A stretch of 63,117 bases of DNA, filler included, from Folioceros fuciformis (taxonomy: Eukaryota): the NCBI GenBank assembly GCA_049999805.1. It is 17 parts of 17 records of this genome, joined end to end, with 100 filler letters (N's around TTAATTAATTAA, not from the genome) between each part and the next. Parts side by side here need not be neighbours in the genome. Positions count along the whole stretch, not along the records: positions 56,130 to 59,265 come from JBNGIO010006847.1; positions 59,366 to 61,931 come from JBNGIO010006849.1; positions 62,032 to 63,117 come from JBNGIO010006851.1; 14 more parts are not named here. One strand, 5' to 3'. Below the pieces are notes generated by a model. That model was not told the origin of the DNA, did no database searches, and was given only the letters and a program-made list of their open reading frames with translations. Positions 56,030 to 63,117 of this stretch are shown here, piece by piece (position 1 is the first letter of the stretch; each line of letters starts with the position of its first letter). A program made the translations under genes and the position numbers.

Positions 56030-57355
56030 NNNNNNNNNNNNNNNNNNNNNNNNNNNNNNNNNNNNNNNNNNNNTTAATTAATTAANNNNNNNNNNNNNNN
56101 NNNNNNNNNNNNNNNNNNNNNNNNNNNNNGCCAGATGCGCAACAATTCCTTTGCTCCGTTGCATCAGTACCGCCTGGCGTCGCCCTCTACCTCAAATTGA
56201 TCAAACCCCGCAAAACAATGAAGACCAGCTTGCAGATTCCTCTACCCTGTGCCTGCCTCAAGCATGCATTTAACCAAATGCCGCCAAGATGGTGAGATTC
56301 ATGCCACCAGTTCTTGGTGCCCAAAAATACCCTAAAATTTGCCACCGAATGCCCACATTTCACCATCCACGCCACGAGCTCGGCCGCCTTATTCCCCGCG
56401 GTTTCCTCTGATCGTGACAACTTTGCAATCCAATGTGGCCAGACATTCAGGACCCGTATTGTATTTTGGCAGACGAGGGGTTTTCGCGGCATGCATGTAG
56501 GGCTGCAAGGCGCGTGGCATGCGACACATGGCGGGCTGTCGTTAGGACATCCCAGGTTCTTCCACACCAACTGGGCTGTTCCTCGATAGTTTAGTTTGAA
56601 AGGGCTTTGCACGCTGCCATTCGTTGCAAACGAGCTCCCCAATTTGCACATAAGCTGCTCACCAATGGTGAGTTACCATCTCTAACGCTGGGGATCCCAC
56701 ACTTCCACATGGCTGCAAACGGCACACAGCCATTGGTTAGAGCAACGACTTCTCCTTGCATGACACTGTAGAGACGAAAAGCTCCCTGGCCCTGCCAGAA
56801 TTCTTTTCGTCTGGCAAACGCGTCGAAAAGCTCCCTGGCAAAAGCTCCCGATCGCCTTACCCTGCAATTAGTGCCGTTGTGATCACATCTTTTCCGAGCC
56901 CCTCAGCATCCTGCACGCTCTTACGGTTTCCATGGCCACCACTTTCGTGACAAACACATCTGTTTCATCTTCGTGTTCTAAATTTTGCACGTGCACCACT
57001 TCCGTTCGCAAAGTTGCCAGAAGGCCATACTCGCCTAACATATATAACCACCTAATATAAAACGTCCCTTGTAGCTAGGCCAGAACTTTGCCTATGGAGG
57101 GAACTTTGTTATGGCTGCTTTGTGGCCTATGGAATACCGATATAGACACCCCTTGTTACATGAGGGGCCGTATTTTTAACCTAGTGGACATGACCGGCTA
57201 TGAGGACATCCTAGATCTTTTTTTCTTTACAACACACTGCACAACACATCACATTTCTTTTTGTCTCTAACACAATCTCATTATGATTTTTATGATTGGA
57301 GGGCATAGGATGCGAACCAAAGTCACCATGCTCCCTGTCACATCCTTTTAGCAAA

Positions 57356-57460
57356 CCAAGTCCATTGCCCTCGAGGCAACAATCATGGCAAGCCAAGTCC
57401 ATCTTCCTCGAGGCAACAATAGTGGCGAGCCAAGTCTATCTCCCTCGAGGCAATGATCGT
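57356..57460. repeat. Imperfect 37-bp tandem repeat, about 3 copies
   Basis: Units ccaagtc-at--cctcgaggcaa--at start at 57356, 57393 and 57430. Confidence 0.75.
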
Positions 57461-59365
57461 GTTGCAACACTTGCACCAATAGTTAAGCCGGGGAATGGAA
57501 CCATGCAACGTTTATTCCTAGCATATGAGGCCAGCATGACCCAACAAAAGTTTAGGGACAAAATCTCATATTCTGTAGGGCTTGACGAGAAGACCCACAC
57601 TACTGCAAAGACCGGAGAAGGCAAAGGCTACTCCATGTCCATGCAGTGGCCTTCCCCTCTGTCCATGGCTGCATGTACACCTCTAGCTCCTAACTAATCT
57701 TGTGCCGGTCTACCGGCACACTAGAGCTGGTATTGGCCATGGTGCTCTCTTAGATTGAGGCAATGGCGCAGATTAGTAAAAATGTGATAAAACTTCAGAC
57801 AAAAGAATGCAGATCATGTAAACTTACCACTTTCGTGAAAGCTATTTGGAATTGCAGGAGATGCCCATGTTCAGTGTGTTTGGGAACATAGCTTCCTCCT
57901 CTTCGAAAGTCGAACATTTCATTGCTATCTTGAAAGCATGCTAAATGAGATGTATCTTCTTTTTCGTGCCTACCTCAGTATCCATGTCTTTGAGATGGAG
58001 CTTCCATTGAATGACTTTTTGTGTGACTGCGATGAGCATTTCCTCTCCCTTCACACCAGTTAGGACTCCTTGAAAGGCTCTCCATAGCCTTTCTTGCATT
58101 GGTGTGGTGCCACAACCCCGGTCATTGTTTGCCAATGGGTTCAACCTTTAGCGGCCACACATATCCCACTGTCGTTGAGATATTGGGTTTTGTTCCCACG
58201 AAGGAGCGATGGGGTTCCTAGCTGCTTTGGATGGAGGGTCGGACTCAACCGACTCGATGACAAATTCAAGGGCTCCCCTCCAGCTCCGTTTAGGCGTGCG
58301 ACAGTCCTCGCTGTCCAGCAGTCAACTGCACCTCTCTCAGTGCCCACAAATTCACTCCAGTCACTACAACGACCCTAACTTCTCAAGTCTACTACTTCCC
58401 TCACTTCACTTCACTTCACTCACTCACTCACTCACTCTAGCACCAGCACCAACAACGACTAGCAACCAGCAACCAACAACGGCACCACCACCTTCTACGC
58501 TTTCCTATTGACTCCCCCTACACGGCAAGAGTCACTAGCCTAACCCCGAAGAAAAGCATGCCGCCACCCACGATCCTACTAGACACCATGCAAGAACCGT
58601 CGGCACTCACTCCAGCCTACAAGGAAACGAAAATGACAAATCATGGGGACACGACACGAAGAGCACGATCAAGAATTAAAAGGGACCTTGCCCTTAACCC
58701 TAGCTACCACTTCTCAAAGCTTTACCAGATGCTGCACACATGCACAGCCGGCACACACACTGCTGTATCCAAGCAAGGACAGCCTAAGAGAGCTCGCAAA
58801 GTGACAACCTACCTCCTACAGGCTCACCTGATCTTGTAGGAGCCTCTCTCTTTGACTTCACCTCTCTCTAGCTTGACAAATAATATTTTAATAGGACCAC
58901 TAGCCTAGCCGGCTGTCACCAACCACATATATAAACTTTCCTAGCACATCTTGCCACCAATGAGCTGGCCCTACAACCTGTTGACCCTACCACCACAAGT
59001 ATCGACCACCTCTTAAACTACCCTGAGACTTTGAAGGATGCCTGATCTTCAAAGTTCTTACGAACGCCGCCTCTTCCTTGCTGGATAGCCGCCCGCAAAG
59101 CCTTCCCCTGCAACTTTTCCTCCTTGGTGGCTGAGCCTACCTGCACGGGAGGAGTACGAGCAGTGGGAGAAGATAGGGAAGAGGCGGGATCAACAACTGG
59201 AATCGGGCCTGAAATCGGCAACTTATTTAGCATAATCGGCTTCCAGCCAAAATGGTTGCTTGGCCNNNNNNNNNNNNNNNNNNNNNNNNNNNNNNNNNNN
59301 NNNNNNNNNTTAATTAATTAANNNNNNNNNNNNNNNNNNNNNNNNNNNNNNNNNNNNNNNNNNNN

Positions 59366-59534
59366 ATCCCGCTGCCTGGGAACACCCTGACGAATTCTCC
59401 CCAGCAACGCACACAACACCGCTTCTCCATGCCATCCCGCACCCGCTCGACTTCCGACATGACACAGGCGAGGGCACGTAGGAGCAGGAGGCGGCAGCCG
59501 CCGAGGCCGCACATGTTGCCACTCGCGCAGCCAT
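59366..59534 (-). CDS. 5' end of a gene encoding a probable plastid transit peptide (truncated by contig end)
   Basis: MAARVATCAASAAAASCSYVPSPVSCRKSSGCGMAWRSGVVCVA: starts MA, is Ala/Ser/Arg-rich, lacks early acidic residues, and has a VxC/A cleavage-like site. Confidence 0.5.
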
Positions 59535-59929
59535 GCTGTGCTACCTCGTACTCCCGACACCAGAGTGGATGAGGCGAGGATCGCAATGGCGCCAAATGTC
59601 CTGCCAACCGCTCGTTCACAAGCCCCTGTTTTGTCAAGGCGAGTGACAAGATTTTAGGTCACCGGCGTTCGTTGGGAGGATAAGGTGAGGCAAGAGCGGC
59701 AGAGGATCGGCACCTCTATCGCAAATCAGTGCGGACTATGTCTGTACGTACCTTCTTTTGTGCCGTAATAAGCGGTCTAAACAAGCCGTCAGAGAGTGGT
59801 TATAAAATGACTCGGTTAGATGCAACCGTTCTGTATACGCCTACTCAGTACCGGAAGACATCAGAAGGAGAGGTGGCCGGAGGAACACCGGAACCTCCTG
59901 AGCATGATGGCCAACTTGGTGTGCCATCA

Positions 59930-61650
59930 CGTTTGAGCAGGCCTCCGCCTGATGAAGGCTAGCTGAATTTCTTCATGGTTGCATGCGGTGCATTTCAACT
60001 CCTTCGCATCCGCGTTTTGTTGATCGTTATTCAAGATTGCATCACCAGCTGCTCAGCCGTCTCGAATTGCTTGATCTTCAGGAAGAAAGATACTGGCTGC
60101 AGCATTGCCTTGATCGCCAACCGAACCCCGATTGCATCTGGAACATGTTACAAGGCAGCAAGATTAGGAAACAAGGATTATTTCAACGTCGGCCTTTGGG
60201 TGCGACCGGATGCTTACCGGACTGGAAGTTCTGACTGGAGGATGTTGATGCCATGGTGGTGCTCATCGGGTCGGAGCAGAGCGTGTGTTCCGATGACTGA
60301 TGCAGCGTGGATGACTGGGAGATTCTTGAATTGCCTCCTCGAGATGACGTGAAGCAAGAGGAATGACGCTCTGGCGTGCGAGGATTTGGTAGTTAACTGC
60401 ATAGGCACATCCTTTGCAGTAATGCGCCTCTGCCAGACCAGGCTCCTGCTGGACTGCTTGCTAGTAGAACGCAATGGCTGCGAAGGGATGATCACCGAGC
60501 AGAGCTTGCAATGGTGTCCAAAACTGCACTCCTCCTCGCTGCACATTCTCGTTTGCAGTGCCTCATTCTCCCTAAGCACAGTGGTCTTCACAATGTTGGC
60601 GTACCTGTTGGATCTTCGGATGGGGGTCTTGCATACTGGACTTCGCAAGGAAAGTAATTTCAGTGTCTTAATCCATCCTTAAGGGGTGTCTGAAGGAAGG
60701 CAAGGGGTTGGACGCTCACCACTGTTTCAGCTTGATTGATCTTGTGAAGGATCCGTCTTCTTGCTCCCGCTGCTGCTGCTGCTCCAACTCCAGCAACCTG
60801 TCCGGGCTGTCACTTCGAAGACATGGCCGCAGTCATGGAGCTGTCTGTGCTCTTCAGGTGTTTCAGAGGATCATTGGAGATGATGTCAACCGACGTTCGG
60901 TCGCAGGCCGTGCAATTGGGACACTCCTCTTCGCACAGCCCCCTGCAGCGATGAGAACACCCTTCCAGCTCCTTGTCGCAGTGTTGGTTGCACCGAGGTT
61001 TTCTGCATGGCTCGCGGCAGAGCAGGTTATACTGATGATGGCTGCATTGCCAGGCACAATTGTCCATGCACGGGAAACATTTTTCTCCGCATCTTTGATT
61101 GCGGGCACCGTGCTCACATCTACTTCCACAGGGCCGCTGACAGGGAGGGCAGACAACCCGGCAGGATGCTTCGCAGGGGTGTCCGCATGGGAGCACGTTT
61201 CTGCATGGTTTGAGGCAAGGGGCGTGATGCGCACCCTGGCAGCTGCCACAGGTAACTGCCGCAGGAACAGTGAGACAGCTGCATGCACAAGACTCACAGC
61301 AACAGAGAAGGAGATGACGATGCCGGTGGTCGGAGCGTACCAGAACATTGGTGGCCACATCTTCCGTAAATCTTTGTGCAAGGAGTCCTGCAAACAGTGC
61401 TTAGTGTGTCCTGGCTACAAGGACCCGATGTTGTCTGTGGCCGCATGGGAGGACTCTTTCCACCGAAGAGAGGCATTCTACTTGTAGTGGTAGCGAGAAG
61501 CATGGCACGAGTTGTTCATCACCACAGCCAGTTATGTATATTGTCCCGGGCGTCGTGCAGGGCGGGCAATCGGACCCCTCTATGGCAAGGTTTTGAACAA
61601 TCGTGCCCACAGGTGTCATGCTGCTTAGAGCAGATCTTAGAGCCGAACAT
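59930..61650 (-). pseudogene. ZNFX1-like (NF-X1 zinc fingers + RING-like) pseudogene fragment followed by TPR-like repeats
   Basis: CGHDCSKPCH, LPCGHPCEASC..CPPCQRPC, CFPCMDNCAWQCSH..LCREPC..CSHRCRGLCEEECP, QLHDCGHVFEVTA, IKLKQCPVCKTPIRRSNRY. Needs several frameshifts and has an in-frame TAG at 60463-60461. Confidence 0.82.
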
Positions 61651-61846
61651 CTATTCATGGTTATTAGGGTGGCAAAAACAACGTCTGCGCGTAACGGTCA
61701 TATTCCATTTGACGTTTGGCGCAGTTTTGAATTTACACCATTCTAGTCATATCCATATTTAAGTTATTTAAAAAAATATATTATTTGGATATGTGGTGCA
61801 CACCATACATAATCATAAATAACCAAAACATCACAATCCAACTTAA

Positions 61847-61931
61847 ACATAAAGTAGAAGACCAATTAAATTACATAAAGTAGAAGACCAATTAAATTAC
61901 ATAAAGTAGAAGACCAATTAAATTACATAAA
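61847..61931. repeat. 26-bp perfect AT-rich tandem repeat, 3.3 copies, into a contig end
   Basis: acataaagtagaagaccaattaaatt x3 plus a partial unit. Confidence 0.9.
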
Positions 61932-62031
61932 NNNNNNNNNNNNNNNNNNNNNNNNNNNNNNNNNNNNNNNNNNNNTTAATTAATTAANNNNNNNNNNNNN
62001 NNNNNNNNNNNNNNNNNNNNNNNNNNNNNNN

Positions 62032-63117
62032 TATGCAGGATTTCCCGAATGTATTTATGCTGGTGGATAACCAGAAGACCCTCCTCACGAACTCGGAGGA
62101 TCTGTATCCCTAAACAGAACTTTAGATCACCAATGTCTTTCATTTCGAACCTGTCGCTGAGCATTTGCTTGACTTCATCTAACAGAGTTTTACTGTTTGT
62201 GACCAGAATGACATCATCGACATACAAGGCAACTATGACGAAAGCTGTGCCCCTAGTCAGCCGGTAAACATTGGTATCTGCGGCACTTTGAACAAAAGAC
62301 AAGTCCAACAGATAGATGTGGATGGTAAAATACCAAACCCTACCAGATTGCTTCAGTCCGTAGATGCATTTTAAAAGTTTAAGAACCTGCTTGGGGTGCT
62401 GCTTACTAACGTAACCTTCCGGCTGTTGCATGTACAGTTCTTCATCCAGAGACCCATAAAGGTATGCTGTGCAGACATCCATCTGCCATAAGTCAAGGTC
62501 GAATTCTGCAGCCAGAGCCAACAGCATGCGTATGGATTGGGACCGGACGACAGGGGAGAATGTCTCCTGATAGTCCAGACCCTCCACCTGGGTAAAACCA
62601 CGGGCCACGAGACGGGCCTTGTACCGGGCGATCTCGCCCTCAGCATTCAGTTTGTGTTTGAAGACCCATTTACATGAAATGGGTTTGCGGCCGGGTGGCA
62701 AGTCCACAAGAGTCCAGGTCTTGTTTTCAATCAGAGACTGGTACTCGTCTTCGACGGCCGCACGCCACTGCTTACTATCAGGTCCGTTGTAAGCCTCGGC
62801 CAAAGTGCGTGGCTCATCCGGGATGGCCGACGGAGCAGTGTGTGCTGTAGCTGGGGCTGCCCGATGGCGGAAGTCAATAGATTGGTAACGCGGTTCAGCC
62901 CATTGATCAGGTGGTGGTCGGTGGCGGTCAGAACGGCGAGGTACCACTTCCTCGGTGTCGCGGGCAACTACTGCAGGAGGGATTGGTGGAGTTTCAATGA
63001 CCTCCGGTAGATGCTCATCCATAATGGGTGCTGGATCCGGCTCGTCGAAAAGAGCAGCATCTGGTAAGTCCGCAGCAACTTGGACAGGAGCACCTGGGTC
63101 GTCAAAAGGGATGAGGT
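62032..63117 (-). mobile_element. Ty1/copia LTR retrotransposon pol fragment (RT), a different family from 54585-56029
   Basis: EPRTLAEA, PISCKWVFK, RYKARLVARG, QMDVCTAYLYG, IYGLKQSGRVW, LYVDDVIL, MKDIG. Confidence 0.96.

Noticed and set aside
57356-57460. 37-bp periodic repeat as a CRISPR-like array
   Set aside because: Units are head-to-tail imperfect tandem copies with no unique spacers and no cas genes, in eukaryotic DNA. The same applies to the 26-bp repeat at 61847-61931.
59018-59265. Minus-strand open frame at a contig edge (..KEEKLQGKALRAAIQQGRGG..)
   Set aside because: Could be the 3' end of a gene or TE ORF, but it is too short and has no identifiable motif.
60708-61487. 259-aa plus-strand ORF
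   Set aside because: Antisense to the Cys-rich ZNFX1-like sequence, which carries the recognisable motifs.

Overview
This is eukaryotic nuclear DNA from a land plant, not a continuous locus. It is 17 short contigs joined by 16 artificial 100-nt linkers (N44-TTAATTAATTAA-N44). Mostly short (about 80-130 nt) spliceosomal introns, very short intergenic spacers and the gene set suggest a compact-genome non-seed plant; a hornwort is my inference, not proven. Recognisable genes: bystin (5'-partial), leaf-type ferredoxin-NADP+ reductase, a cyanobacterial-type GT2 glycosyltransferase, a C2H2/UBA/PUB protein, a quinone-oxidoreductase-like gene probably split over two contigs, a long disordered RS/GM-rich protein, an FBXO21-type F-box protein, plastid MSRB1, a KLHDC4-like kelch protein, the FUSED/TIO kinase, a RETICULATA-RELATED 5/6-like protein and a KEG-related kinase. 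Transposons: two LINE fragments, one probable LTR end and two Ty1/copia pol fragments. The strongest candidates for something new are mostly hidden from the ORF track by splicing or frameshifts. (1) A divergent HAP2/GCS1 fusogen gene with a rewired cysteine pattern and a polar fusion loop. (2) A plant F-box + SirB1/Transglut_core2 + YccV (FBXO21-like) gene. (3) A decaying ZNFX1-like gene with TPR-like repeats after its RING. All family assignments come from motif recognition by eye, with no database search.
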